A stretch of DNA of 64,000 nt, from positions 1,563 through 65,562 of the forward strand of contig JBDRAM010000042.1 of the NCBI GenBank assembly GCA_043823785.1, given 5' to 3'. The stretch comes from Candidatus Omnitrophota bacterium. GTDB taxonomy: Bacteria > Omnitrophota > Gorgyraeia > JABMRG01. Both the position numbers and the translations under genes were made by a program. A model generated the notes under the pieces. It was given only the letters and a program-made list of their open reading frames with translations, searched no databases and was not told the origin of the DNA. Shown one piece after another: positions 46,749 to 56,820 of the stretch. How positions within the stretch are numbered: the stretch's first letter is position 1; the number at the start of each line of letters is the position of its first letter.

Positions 46749-48161
46749 ATGGCTCCAATCATTATCTATATAGTAACCATAGTTACCAGTGCTGCCATAG
46801 CCGGATTTTTAATACGCATGACCACTATGTCGTATTACGCGAAGTTGAAAGAAGATGAGAGGAAAAAAAACGATTTCTTTGCCAGGGATGATGTTACAGA
46901 TCATGAGCTAAAGGAATATGTAAATAGCGAGATACAAAATATAGTGGGATCTGAAAAGCGTTCTCGTGAGATAAGCAAAGTGGTCTCGGATATTATGTCT
47001 AAAGAGGTCAATAAGAAGGTAGAGCAGGCCAGCCAGCAGATAGGAGAAAGATACAATAAGGTCATCGAGCAGAAAATCCAGAACGAAGAGATAGCCTGGA
47101 AAAAATATAAGAAAGTACTCTCCAATAAGAAAGAGACAGAGGCTGTTATCAGAAGCGTTGCCGAAGGTTTAGTTGTGGCAGATTCAAAGGGGAGGGTTAT
47201 TATGATGAATCCTGCCGCGGAGAAGCTTCTTGGCGTATCAAAAAAAGACAAGATAGGTAAGCACATATTAGATAATCTTCAAAAAGGAGAATTGGTAACC
47301 CTGGCTAAGGGCACACCGGAGAAGGATAACATGACGATAGAAGCCAGGAGCCAGGAGGATGAGACCAGAAAGATATTAAGGTCAAGCAGCGCGGTTATAG
47401 AGGATGAGAACGGCCAGACCGTGGGTATGGTCAGTGTATTGAGTGATATTACGAAACAGAGAGAGCTGGATCAGATGAAGTCAAGGTTTGTATCCGGCGT
47501 TACCCACGAATTGCGCACACCCTTAGTATCCGCGCAAAAATCCATATCATTGATACTCAGCAGGGCGGCAGGTAAAGTCTCGGAAGCCCAGCAGCAGTTT
47601 CTTTCCAACGCGGAACGCAATTTGAATAAGTTAAGCGGCCTCATAGATGACTTATTGGACATGTCCAAGCTTGAGGCAGGAAAGCTTGAGATCAAACTTG
47701 AACCGCAGACTGTCGAGAAGATCATTAATGAATCTACAGAGGGGCTGAATGCGTGGGCAGTATCAAAATCTATAGATATTATAGAGGATATACAGGAAGG
47801 CCTTCCCAATGTTAATGTAGATATGCACAGAATAAATCACGTTCTCAATAACCTGATAGGCAATGCTCTAAAGTTTACACCAAGCAAAGGTAAGATTACT
47901 GTAAAAGCAGCCTTGGATAAAGAAGGCAGTGTTGAGATAAGCGTATCGGATACCGGCATTGGTATACCTGAAGCTGCTCTTCCTAAAGTGTTCGACAGAT
48001 TTTACCAGGCAGGTGAGAGGGTCGCGACAGATGTAAGCGGTACAGGCATAGGTTTGTCAGTTGCAAAAGAGGTTGTAGAGCTGCATGGAGGAAAGATATG
48101 GGTTGAGAGCCAGAAGGGCGAAGGGGCTACATTCAACTTTACCCTGTCCCCAGCAGCTTAG
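46749..48161 (+). CDS. Membrane-anchored PAS histidine kinase
   Basis: N-terminal TM, PAS (MNPAAEKLLG..DIT), THELRTPL, NALKFT, DTGIG, GTGIGL. Confidence 0.93.
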   Translation: MAPIIIYIVTIVTSAAIAGFLIRMTTMSYYAKLKEDERKKNDFFARDDVTDHELKEYVNSEIQNIVGSEKRSREISKVVSDIMSKEVNKKVEQASQQIGERYNKVIEQKIQNEEIAWKKYKKVLSNKKETEAVIRSVAEGLVVADSKGRVIMMNPAAEKLLGVSKKDKIGKHILDNLQKGELVTLAKGTPEKDNMTIEARSQEDETRKILRSSSAVIEDENGQTVGMVSVLSDITKQRELDQMKSRFVSGVTHELRTPLVSAQKSISLILSRAAGKVSEAQQQFLSNAERNLNKLSGLIDDLLDMSKLEAGKLEIKLEPQTVEKIINESTEGLNAWAVSKSIDIIEDIQEGLPNVNVDMHRINHVLNNLIGNALKFTPSKGKITVKAALDKEGSVEISVSDTGIGIPEAALPKVFDRFYQAGERVATDVSGTGIGLSVAKEVVELHGGKIWVESQKGEGATFNFTLSPAA

Positions 48162-48218
48162 ATACCGGATTTATAATAAATAAAAATTTTAAAACATTAA
48201 ATATCGGAGGTAAACGCT

Positions 48219-48617
48219 ATGAGTAAAAGCAAAGGAGTAAAGATTCTTCTTGTTGATGACGAGCCTGATTTTACACAGCCTATAGAATTTTGGCTTAAAT
48301 CAAAAGGTTATACTGTATTGATAGCGCGGGAAGGAAAAAGCGCTTTAGAGATCATCAAAGCGGACTCCCCGGATATGGTTTTCCTTGACCTTAAGATGCC
48401 TGTCATGGATGGGATAGAGACACTGCGAAATATAAGAAAATTCAATACTGACCTGCCTGTTATTATTATAACGGTTGAATACGCAAACGATAAAAAATTT
48501 GAAGAGGCAAATAAATTGGGAAGTTCAGGGTTCTTCCCGAAAAAAGGAAGCTTTGAAGAGCTGGAAAGCATAATAGGAGTTACTTTAAGAACTCATAAGA
48601 CCTTAAAAGATAAATAA
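48219..48617 (+). CDS. Single-domain response regulator
   Basis: ILLVDDE, FLDLKMPVMDG, FPK. Confidence 0.92.
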   Translation: MSKSKGVKILLVDDEPDFTQPIEFWLKSKGYTVLIAREGKSALEIIKADSPDMVFLDLKMPVMDGIETLRNIRKFNTDLPVIIITVEYANDKKFEEANKLGSSGFFPKKGSFEELESIIGVTLRTHKTLKDK

Positions 48618-48620
48618 TTC

Positions 48621-48672
48621 ATCCCCACACCAACTTCAATTCTGGAAGTTGGTGTAAAGTTGGTGTGGGGAT
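48621..48672. repeat. 16-bp inverted repeat with partly duplicated right arm
   Basis: ATCCCCACACCAACTT / AAGTTGGTGTGGGGAT; extra AAGTTGGTGT at 48646. Confidence 0.7.
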
Positions 48673-48688
48673 AAAGGAGGATAATTCC

Positions 48689-51600
48689 GTGCCCATAATG
48701 CGACCAACAATTAAGGTAAGGTTATGCATGGTTGCAGTTTTCACTATAACGGCTTTTTTACTTGCGGTACTTAGCTCTATCTCTACGGTGAGCGCACAAA
48801 CACCAAGAGAAGGCTCTGTTATCTACGCAAGCAATAAAGCAGGTTTTATTTTTATAAATTTGGGAAAAAACAATATTAATATCGGAGACCTGGTAGAGGT
48901 CTATAGAGACTCTTTACATGTTGGGACTTTTTCTGTCAAATCCGTAATGAAGAATATGTCAGAAGCCTGGGCCATAGATGAGAATAAGGATGTGCTGGTG
49001 AAGATAGGCGATAAGGCTATAATACCGGGCAGAAGCCAAGACGCTATTATGGGTTCCGGCCAGGAAGATTACGAATCGACACAGGAGGAGGAAGAGGCTG
49101 AATTCGAAGAGGAGCATATAGAATCAGCGCCCAAAGAATCTACGCTAACCTATACTAAGGCAGAGGCGGCGCTTTCTTCCAGCTATGCAGCAGATGCTAT
49201 GCAGAAGGATTACGATAATTTACAATATGAGGTCGATGCGTTAAAAGAAAAAATAACTTATTTACAAGGTGAGAACCAGGATATTAAAGGTACAGGCGCT
49301 ATATTAAAAGAAGAGATAGCACTTTTAAAGAAAGAGAAGTCTTCCCTTTCTTCACAGCTTGTTTCCGCCAAGCAGGCCTCGGAAAAGGCAGATGTTCGGA
49401 AAAGCACAGAAGCAACTTTAAGGCAAGAGCTCGACCGCCTCAGTAGTGAAAATAGCTCTATTAAAAAGGAAAAAGAAAGCTTAGAAGAAGAGATAGCCTT
49501 TTTAGAAGATGAGAAGTCTTCACTTGCTTCGAAGCTTGCTTCCGCGGAAGAGTCCAGCGAAGGCCTTGAGGATTTTAAAGATACAGAAGAGAGCCTGAAG
49601 GAAGAGGTGGAATATTTAAAAGATGAAAATGAAGACTTAAAAGATGTAGAAGGGTCACTGAGAGAAGAGATAGAATATCTTAATAAGGAAAAAACCTCTC
49701 TCACATCAGAGCTAACCCTGCTTAAAAAATCTTCTAAAGGCCAGGAGCAGTTAAAGGGCGCGGAAGAGAGCTTGAAGAAAGAGATAGAATATTTAAAAGA
49801 TGAAAATGAAGATCTTAAAGACGCTGAATCTGGTTTTAAGGATGAGATAAGAGATCTGAAAACTAAAAATCAGGAGTTAGAAGATGCGGAGGCTTTGTTG
49901 AGGCAAAAGCTTGCTTCCGGACTTGAAAGCGGAGCAGAGGATGATCTAAAGAACGAGATAGCTTCCCTTGAAGATGAGGCAGCGTCATTAGAGAATGAGA
50001 AGTCATCCCTCCTATCCAAGGTAGATAGTTTAGAAGATTCAAAAGACGAAGTAGAATCTAAGCTTAAGGATGAGATAGCCTCGTTAAAGGAGGCAGAGTC
50101 TGAATTAAAGAATAGAATAAATTTATTGACAGGCACTAAGAGTGAATCGGAAAAAGCCTTAAACACAAAGATAGCCTCTCTGGAAGACGAGCTAGTATCG
50201 TTAGGAGATGAGAAATCATCTCTTCTTTCCAAAATAGATAACTTAGAAGATTCAAAAGACGAAGTAGAATCTAAGCTAAGAGATGAAGCCAATACGTTAA
50301 AAGAAGAGGCAGCCTTATTGAAAAAGGCAGAGTCTGAATTAAAGAATAGAATAAATTCATTGACAGGCACCAATGCCCAGGCGGAAAAAGAGTTAAACGC
50401 AAAGATAGCTTCCCTTGAAAATGTGGCAGCGTCATTAGGGAATGAGAAGTCATCCCTCCTATCCAAGGTAGATAGCTTAGAAGATTCAAAAGACAAAGTA
50501 GAATCTAAGCTTAAGGATGAGATATATGTATTGAAAGAAGCAGAGACTGCCCTAAGGAAAGAGATAGCTTCTTTGACTGAGGATAAAGGCAGCACAGAAT
50601 CTCAGCTGCGTGCCAAGATAGCATCGCTGGAAGATTATATTTATGATTCGAATAAGAAGAATAACTCCTTAAGCGCGAAAATAGCATCGTTAGAGGAATC
50701 CGCGAAGACGATAGAGTCTAGGCTTAATGATGAGATTACTTCATTGGCAGGTTCCGAGATAGACCTAAAGTCTAAGATAAGTTCATTAACCAAAAGCAGA
50801 GATGATATAGAATCTGTTCTGACGGGCAAGGTAAAAACACTTGAAGAAGAGAGCCTCCTTCTAAAGCAGGAAAAGGCATCCCTGAATACGCGTATGCTTT
50901 CTTTAAAAGATTCAGGCGCAGAAGTAGAATCCAAGCTAAAGGATGAGATATCTTCTCTGAATGATGATAAGGGAAAGCTGCAGGATGATTTAACATCAAA
51001 GATAACTTTATTTGAAGAAGAGGCCTCTGCCTTAGATAAAGAGAGATCTTCTTTGAAGTCAAAAGTAGCTTTATTGGAAGAAGCGAAAAGTAAAACAGAG
51101 TCAATGCTGAAGGAAGATATAGTATCTCTGACCAAGATAAGTAACCAGACAGAAAAAGAATTGAGCGAGAAAATATTAACTTTAGAGGGCAAGCTGTCTT
51201 CTTTGGCTAAAGAAAACTTGTCACTTTCCTTAAAAGTTTCGTTACTTGAAAAATCAAAAAAAGACGCGGAAGAAAAATTAAAATCCGAAACAACAGCATC
51301 AAAAGAAACAGAAGCGGAATTAAGAAATAATTTAAGCCTTACAGCCAAGGCCAAGGCAAAGGCAGAAGAAAGCCTGAGCAAGGCCATAAATTCGCTGGAA
51401 AAGGAGATCTTGGCCTTAAAAAATGAGAATATATCTCTTGCAAAGCAGATGGCTTCTATGGGTGACGCTAAAAAGGAGACAGAGTATGAGTTGGGAGAGA
51501 AGATAAAGTCTCTTGCAATGTCCAATGTTGATATAAAATCCGATCTTATGAAGAATATAGAGTCTCTTGAAAAGGAGAAATACTCATTAATTACACAGCT

Positions 51601-54600
51601 GGCTTCGTTAGATGATTCCAAGAAGAAGACAGAGGCATTACTGAAGTCTGAAATAGATTCCTTAATAAATACAGATACTGATTTAAGGTCTAAGGTAGCT
51701 TTTCTGGAAGTAAAAAATAAAGATATGGAGGGGGAGGCCGCGGGCAAGATATCTAAATTGAAGGAGGAAAACGCTCTTTTAATTTCAAAGATCAGTTTAA
51801 TGGAGAATGCGAACAAAAAGACCCAAGCCCAGCTTGGGGAGAAGATAGATTCTCTAATAGACGCCGAGACAAAATTAAAAAATAACATAGCTGTCTTAGA
51901 AGATTCTAAGAAAAAGAGCGAGGCATCGCTTAGCGAAACAATAGTCGTATTAAGAGATGAAAAGAATTCCTTAAGCGCCGAACTGGTTTCCCTGAAAGAC
52001 TCAAAAGAAAAGACAGAGGCCAAACTTTCAAAAGATATAGCGTTGCTTATAGACGCAGAGACTGATTCAAAATATAAACTCGCTTCCCTATCCGATACCG
52101 CGGCTAAAAAAGAACAGGAATTAAGAGGCAGGATAAAGGAATCAGAGGATAAGGTTTCCCAGCTTAATAAGGAGAATTCCTATCTTACAACAACACTTAA
52201 TTCTCTTAAAGGGTCGGAGAGTAAGCAGAAGTCAGAGATCGACTTATTGATTAAATCAAAAAAAGAGCTTGCCTCGGATCTTAGCAATAAGATGGCGCTG
52301 CTTGAGGGTAAGATCTCCGCACTGAATAAAGAGAACGCCCTGCTGAATTCTAACCTTGTTTCCCTCACCGATTCCAAGAATGAGACAGAGGCTAAAATGA
52401 AGCAGCAGGCTGCTTCTTTGCTGGATGCTAAGAATAGTATCGAGTCAGAGCTAAGTGAAAAGATTGATACTCTTGAAAAGGAATCGTCCTCGGTAAACGC
52501 GCAGCTTAAAGCCCTGGAAAACTCAAAAAAATACATAGAAACCAAACTTAAAGACGAGATAACCCTTTTAATAAATTCAAAGAAAGAAATCGAATTCGCG
52601 TTGAATAAAAAAATAGAAGCTTTTAATAATAAGGTTACCTCCTTGGGGGAAACGAATAAATCGCTGTCTACTCAGATAAGATCGCTGGAGGAGTCGAGCA
52701 ATGTCATGGTTGAGAATCTAAGAGGCCAGATAGCAGCTTTAACAAAGGCCAGAGATGATGTCGAGTCGCAACTTAGCGGAAAGATAAAGGCCTTGGAGCA
52801 GGAGAGAGCATCGCTTGGTTCAAAACTCATCTTTCTTGAAAATACAGCCGGCAAAGTAGAGGCTAACCTGAGAAGCGAAATAGCTTTATTGACTAACGCG
52901 AAAATAGAGTCTGAAACTACTCTTAAGAAGGATTTAGATGCTGCCAAGAAGGAGAGGGACTCCCTCATATCCCAGCTGGCATCCTCAGAAGATAGAAGAA
53001 GAGACACAGAAGTACAGCTTAAGGGCGTGGTTGGCTCGCTGACATCTCAGCTTGCTTCCCTGGAAAACGCAAAGGCAGATACGGAGTCAAAATTAAAGGC
53101 TGAATTGACATCTTTAGCAAAGACAAGCAAGACAACAGAATCTGTTCTTCAGGAAAAGATAAAGTCCTTGCAGGAAGAAGCCGCAAGCCTTGTTAAAAAT
53201 AACAATCTTACATCCTCCGCGTTAGCTAAAAAGACAGAGGCGCTTAAAAGCGAAAAGGCTTCTTTATCGGCGAGGTTAGCGGAAACAGAAAAAATAAAGA
53301 ATGAGATGGCTAAAGATCTGAAATCGCAGATAGCCTTACTCGTAGAATCAAAAAACAAGACAGAATCAGCGCTTAGCGCCGAGATAAAAAAGCAAGAAGG
53401 CATTATAAGCGATCTTACTGAAAAAAACAGTACAACATCTTCTGCCTTAGCTAAAAGAATAGAGAATCTTGAGGGAGCAAATCTGGCATTGGCTAAAAAT
53501 CTGGAAGATGAAAAGAAGGCAAAGAATGATATCCAGGCCGTCCTGGAATCCCAGATAGCCTCATTGCTAAAATCGAAAAAGGAAGTCGAAACAGGTTTTA
53601 CAAATAGAATAACATCTTTGGCAGAAGAGATGACATCGATCAGCAAGGCAAAAAATAGCATCGAGTCAGAACTTGGCACCAAGATAAATTCTCTTGAAGA
53701 AGAGATATCTTTTTTGAATTCCGAGCTTACCTCCATGACCAATGAAAAAGATACCATGGAATCGAAACTTAAAAATGAGATAGCGTCCTTGGCCAGTGAT
53801 AAACATAGCAAGGAGATGGATTCCAGCAAGCAGATAAGTTTACTGGAGCAGGAAGCAGCTTCTTTAAATGCCCAGATCAGGTCTTTAGATGATTCAAAGA
53901 AGGATATGAAGGGTACATATATAGATCAGTTGGGCGAATTAAGGGATACAGAAAACAGATTAAAGCAAAGAGTATCGGTATTGGAAAACAGCGAATCTAA
54001 ATTGAAGACAGAAGTAGACTCTCTTTCCAAAGCAAAAAATGAAGCGGAAGCAGAGCTGAAGAAAAAGATAACATTATCTGATAAAGAAAAGTCATTTTTG
54101 ATATCCAAGATGAGCGGCCTGGAGGAGTCAAAAGAGGGAGAGGTTTCTAAGCTGAAGGTGGAACTCGACACCCTTAAAAAGACAAGGCTTGAAGATGAAT
54201 CAGCCCTAAAGGATAGGATAGCATATTTGGAAAAAGAGAGGTCAGAGCTCAACGCTAAGATCACGGATATGGAAAAAGAGAAGAGAGCGGATGAGATAGA
54301 GCTCAGAGACCAGATACTTTTACTTAAAGAAAAGAATGCCGAGGCCAATACGAATATCGCGTCTTTGAAAAAAGATAAGGAAGACGATATAGCGGGCCTT
54401 AGAGCCGGCATGCTCCCTCTTGAGGAGGAAAATTCTTATTTGAGAGCGCAGATAGCTGCTTTAAAAGACGCGAAAAAAGAGACAGAGGCAGAGCTTAAGT
54501 CAGAGATAGTAACATTAAGAGATTCTGAATATAGGCTTAAAGAAGAGTTATCTCTTTTGTCTAAAGAAGGTGAGGATGTAGAGTCAAACCTTTATAATAG

Positions 54601-55411
54601 GATAGCTTCATTGGAGCAAGACAAGGCTACGCTTGCTACAAAATATACCGCCATGGAGAGCGTAAGGGTAAGGCTTAAAGAACAGCTGGATGTTTTAGAT
54701 GATGAGAGAAGCATGCTTTCAGAAAAACTTAGCGGGCTTGAAGGAAGCAAGAAACAGGTCGAGGCCAAGCAGAGTGAAGAGATCAATAACCTGAAGGAGA
54801 GTGAGGCTAAGCTCATAGCGGAGAACGCGTTGCTTAGAGATTCGCTTAAAGAGGCTGAGGCTAATCAGAAAGCTTCTGAATATAAAGTCGGTTCTTTACA
54901 GCAGAAAAGCACAGACAGGGAAAAAAGTTTAGCAGATGAATTAGCCGCGCTTAAAAATGATAAAAAGAATCTGGAGAGCAGGCTAAGCATGCTTGAAAAT
55001 GATAAAGCTGAACTTAGCAAAAAAATTGAGGAAAAAATAGGAGTCGAGGCCGCATTAAGAAAAGAGCTGTCTGTTTCAGATCAAGCGCCGATTAAGGCCA
55101 TGAAAAAAGAGATAAAAGAATTGGAGCCAGAGACTCTGCAAAAAGAGCTTGCGAAAAAAATAGAAGCGAGAGATATGACGGGTATGGTCATAGGAAAAGA
55201 TGACGCTACAAGAGATATTCTTATAGATCTAGGGAATTCTAACGGAGTCTTTAAGGGCCAGATTTTCGAGGTATATCATGACAACTTAAAGGTCGGAACA
55301 TTAAGAGCAGTAAGATGTTATGATACTTTTACTAAAACAGAGACATTGTCCGCGGAAGAGTTTGACAGCATAGAGGAGCTTGATCTGGTGCGTACTTCTG
55401 CTGAAAAATGA
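48689..55411 (+). CDS. Giant exported coiled-coil protein (~2240 aa) with related N- and C-terminal FlgT_C-like beta domains
   Basis: GTG at 48689 follows AAGGAGG; signal peptide ending VSA-Q; E/K/S/L-rich heptad body; termini share G-x-V..(I)xLG..G..EVY.D...VGT pattern. Confidence 0.85.
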   Translation: MPIMRPTIKVRLCMVAVFTITAFLLAVLSSISTVSAQTPREGSVIYASNKAGFIFINLGKNNINIGDLVEVYRDSLHVGTFSVKSVMKNMSEAWAIDENKDVLVKIGDKAIIPGRSQDAIMGSGQEDYESTQEEEEAEFEEEHIESAPKESTLTYTKAEAALSSSYAADAMQKDYDNLQYEVDALKEKITYLQGENQDIKGTGAILKEEIALLKKEKSSLSSQLVSAKQASEKADVRKSTEATLRQELDRLSSENSSIKKEKESLEEEIAFLEDEKSSLASKLASAEESSEGLEDFKDTEESLKEEVEYLKDENEDLKDVEGSLREEIEYLNKEKTSLTSELTLLKKSSKGQEQLKGAEESLKKEIEYLKDENEDLKDAESGFKDEIRDLKTKNQELEDAEALLRQKLASGLESGAEDDLKNEIASLEDEAASLENEKSSLLSKVDSLEDSKDEVESKLKDEIASLKEAESELKNRINLLTGTKSESEKALNTKIASLEDELVSLGDEKSSLLSKIDNLEDSKDEVESKLRDEANTLKEEAALLKKAESELKNRINSLTGTNAQAEKELNAKIASLENVAASLGNEKSSLLSKVDSLEDSKDKVESKLKDEIYVLKEAETALRKEIASLTEDKGSTESQLRAKIASLEDYIYDSNKKNNSLSAKIASLEESAKTIESRLNDEITSLAGSEIDLKSKISSLTKSRDDIESVLTGKVKTLEEESLLLKQEKASLNTRMLSLKDSGAEVESKLKDEISSLNDDKGKLQDDLTSKITLFEEEASALDKERSSLKSKVALLEEAKSKTESMLKEDIVSLTKISNQTEKELSEKILTLEGKLSSLAKENLSLSLKVSLLEKSKKDAEEKLKSETTASKETEAELRNNLSLTAKAKAKAEESLSKAINSLEKEILALKNENISLAKQMASMGDAKKETEYELGEKIKSLAMSNVDIKSDLMKNIESLEKEKYSLITQLASLDDSKKKTEALLKSEIDSLINTDTDLRSKVAFLEVKNKDMEGEAAGKISKLKEENALLISKISLMENANKKTQAQLGEKIDSLIDAETKLKNNIAVLEDSKKKSEASLSETIVVLRDEKNSLSAELVSLKDSKEKTEAKLSKDIALLIDAETDSKYKLASLSDTAAKKEQELRGRIKESEDKVSQLNKENSYLTTTLNSLKGSESKQKSEIDLLIKSKKELASDLSNKMALLEGKISALNKENALLNSNLVSLTDSKNETEAKMKQQAASLLDAKNSIESELSEKIDTLEKESSSVNAQLKALENSKKYIETKLKDEITLLINSKKEIEFALNKKIEAFNNKVTSLGETNKSLSTQIRSLEESSNVMVENLRGQIAALTKARDDVESQLSGKIKALEQERASLGSKLIFLENTAGKVEANLRSEIALLTNAKIESETTLKKDLDAAKKERDSLISQLASSEDRRRDTEVQLKGVVGSLTSQLASLENAKADTESKLKAELTSLAKTSKTTESVLQEKIKSLQEEAASLVKNNNLTSSALAKKTEALKSEKASLSARLAETEKIKNEMAKDLKSQIALLVESKNKTESALSAEIKKQEGIISDLTEKNSTTSSALAKRIENLEGANLALAKNLEDEKKAKNDIQAVLESQIASLLKSKKEVETGFTNRITSLAEEMTSISKAKNSIESELGTKINSLEEEISFLNSELTSMTNEKDTMESKLKNEIASLASDKHSKEMDSSKQISLLEQEAASLNAQIRSLDDSKKDMKGTYIDQLGELRDTENRLKQRVSVLENSESKLKTEVDSLSKAKNEAEAELKKKITLSDKEKSFLISKMSGLEESKEGEVSKLKVELDTLKKTRLEDESALKDRIAYLEKERSELNAKITDMEKEKRADEIELRDQILLLKEKNAEANTNIASLKKDKEDDIAGLRAGMLPLEEENSYLRAQIAALKDAKKETEAELKSEIVTLRDSEYRLKEELSLLSKEGEDVESNLYNRIASLEQDKATLATKYTAMESVRVRLKEQLDVLDDERSMLSEKLSGLEGSKKQVEAKQSEEINNLKESEAKLIAENALLRDSLKEAEANQKASEYKVGSLQQKSTDREKSLADELAALKNDKKNLESRLSMLENDKAELSKKIEEKIGVEAALRKELSVSDQAPIKAMKKEIKELEPETLQKELAKKIEARDMTGMVIGKDDATRDILIDLGNSNGVFKGQIFEVYHDNLKVGTLRAVRCYDTFTKTETLSAEEFDSIEELDLVRTSAEK

Positions 55412-55540
55412 CGATATATTGATGTAGATTTTGTGCTCTATTAATCATCTCAATGAAGTTTTCAAGAATCAAGCCTATATAATTATGAACTTCCTTTAAG
55501 AATCCCGCCAAAAATTTTTTACAAATCAGCCCAAATTTCC

Positions 55541-55591
55541 TTGACAGGGTTTATATCTATGATATATATTGAAATTATGATAGATATGATA
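55541..55591 (+). promoter_or_regulatory. Promoter with TATGATA direct repeats
   Basis: TTGACA at 55541, TATATT at 55565; TATGATA at 55558, 55576 and 55585. Confidence 0.5.
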
Positions 55592-55650
55592 GTTACAATA
55601 GATTAAGCATTATGAGGAATAAAAAGCCGGCTAATGCGAGGAGAGTAAAT

Positions 55651-55887
55651 ATGCAAAAGGGAGAAAACAACATGATGTCTGCGAATGATATCGCGAAGAA
55701 GCATAATATCAGCTATCAGGCAGTCAACCATTATACTAATTTTGGCCTTTTGCCCGTATCTATAAAAAAAGGCAACATAAGGTTTTATGATAAGGCCATA
55801 GTTGATAAGCGCATGAGGAAGGTTAAAGAGCTTATGGAAGAGGGCTACTCTCTGGGCCTGATAAGAAGAAGATTGATAGGGATATGA
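55651..55887 (+). CDS. Stand-alone MerR-type HTH protein
   Basis: SANDIAKKHNISYQAVNHYTNFGLL...GNIRFY...GYSLGLI; start 55651 or 55672. Confidence 0.8.
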   Translation: MQKGENNMMSANDIAKKHNISYQAVNHYTNFGLLPVSIKKGNIRFYDKAIVDKRMRKVKELMEEGYSLGLIRRRLIGI

Positions 55888-55892
55888 TGACA

Positions 55893-55918
55893 ACAAGCTG
55901 CAAGCCGCAAGCAGCGAG
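55893..55918. repeat. Heptamer array CAAGC(TG/CG/AG)
   Basis: CAAGCTG CAAGCCG CAAGCAG CGAG. Confidence 0.55.
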
Positions 55919-55941
55919 TTAAAGGTTATAAAGGTAGATAT

Positions 55942-56820
55942 ATGAGTTATTATAAGATATTAGGTTTTGAAAAAGAACCATTTTCAACAAGCCCTGATCC
56001 TGAATTTTTTTACCTGTCTAAAGAACATGAGACAGCATTGACTAATATCTTGATTGAGCTCAGGCTAAAGAGAGGCCTTACCGTTATCCTGGGAGATGTA
56101 GGAACAGGCAAGACCACGCTTTCCAGAAAGCTTATACAGGAGATGAAGAGAAGAGAGGATTTTATATTTCATATAATATTGGATCCTTCTTTTGAGAGCG
56201 AAAACCTGCTTTTAAGCTCATTGGCTAAGAATTTTGCTATAGCGTTAGGAAATACGGCAGACAATCCTGTCCCGAACATACTTGATCTAAGAGACTCATT
56301 GAAAGGTTTTCTTTTCCAGAAAGGCGTAACAGAGAACAAGGCGGTAGTCCTTATTATCGATGAAGCGCAGAAGCTGAATGAGAATTCACTCGAGATATTA
56401 AGGGTCCTTCTGAATTATGAGACCAATGAGTTTAAACTTCTGCAGTTGGTCCTTTTGGGGCAGCTTGAATTACACGCGAAGATAATGAATATGCATAATT
56501 TTTTTGACAGGATAAGCTTTAAATACAGCTTGAACCCATTTGACCTGGAAGAGACCAAAGAGATGATAGAATTCCGCATAAGGCAGGCAGGCTATAGTTC
56601 GCACATGCACCTGTTTTTGAATGACGCGGTAAGGGAGATACATAATTATAGCCACGGTTATCCCAGAAAGATAACCATGCTATGCCATAGGGCTCTTAAG
56701 GAGCTTGTTATGAAGAATAGGGCTGTAGTAGACGGGGCTTCTATTCGCAAGATGATAGATGAGGAGATAAGATCGGGATGGCACAAGAGAGACCTGATAC
56801 TCCAGAAAAGCAGTTATTAA
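55942..56820 (+). CDS. ExeA/GspA/MshM-like AAA ATPase (no C-terminal peptidoglycan-binding domain)
   Basis: EPFSTSPDPEFFY, GDVGTGKTT, IIDEAQ, LLGQLEL, GYPRKI. Confidence 0.9.
   Translation: MSYYKILGFEKEPFSTSPDPEFFYLSKEHETALTNILIELRLKRGLTVILGDVGTGKTTLSRKLIQEMKRREDFIFHIILDPSFESENLLLSSLAKNFAIALGNTADNPVPNILDLRDSLKGFLFQKGVTENKAVVLIIDEAQKLNENSLEILRVLLNYETNEFKLLQLVLLGQLELHAKIMNMHNFFDRISFKYSLNPFDLEETKEMIEFRIRQAGYSSHMHLFLNDAVREIHNYSHGYPRKITMLCHRALKELVMKNRAVVDGASIRKMIDEEIRSGWHKRDLILQKSSY

Noticed and set aside
49258-54816. Long minus-strand ORFs (up to 460 aa) opposite the giant gene
   Set aside because: S/F/L-rich shadows of E/K-rich coiled-coil codons; no motifs
48689-55411. SMC/SbcC ATPase, phage tape measure or flagellar gene
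   Set aside because: No Walker motifs or hinge, has a signal peptide, and no phage or flagellar genes nearby
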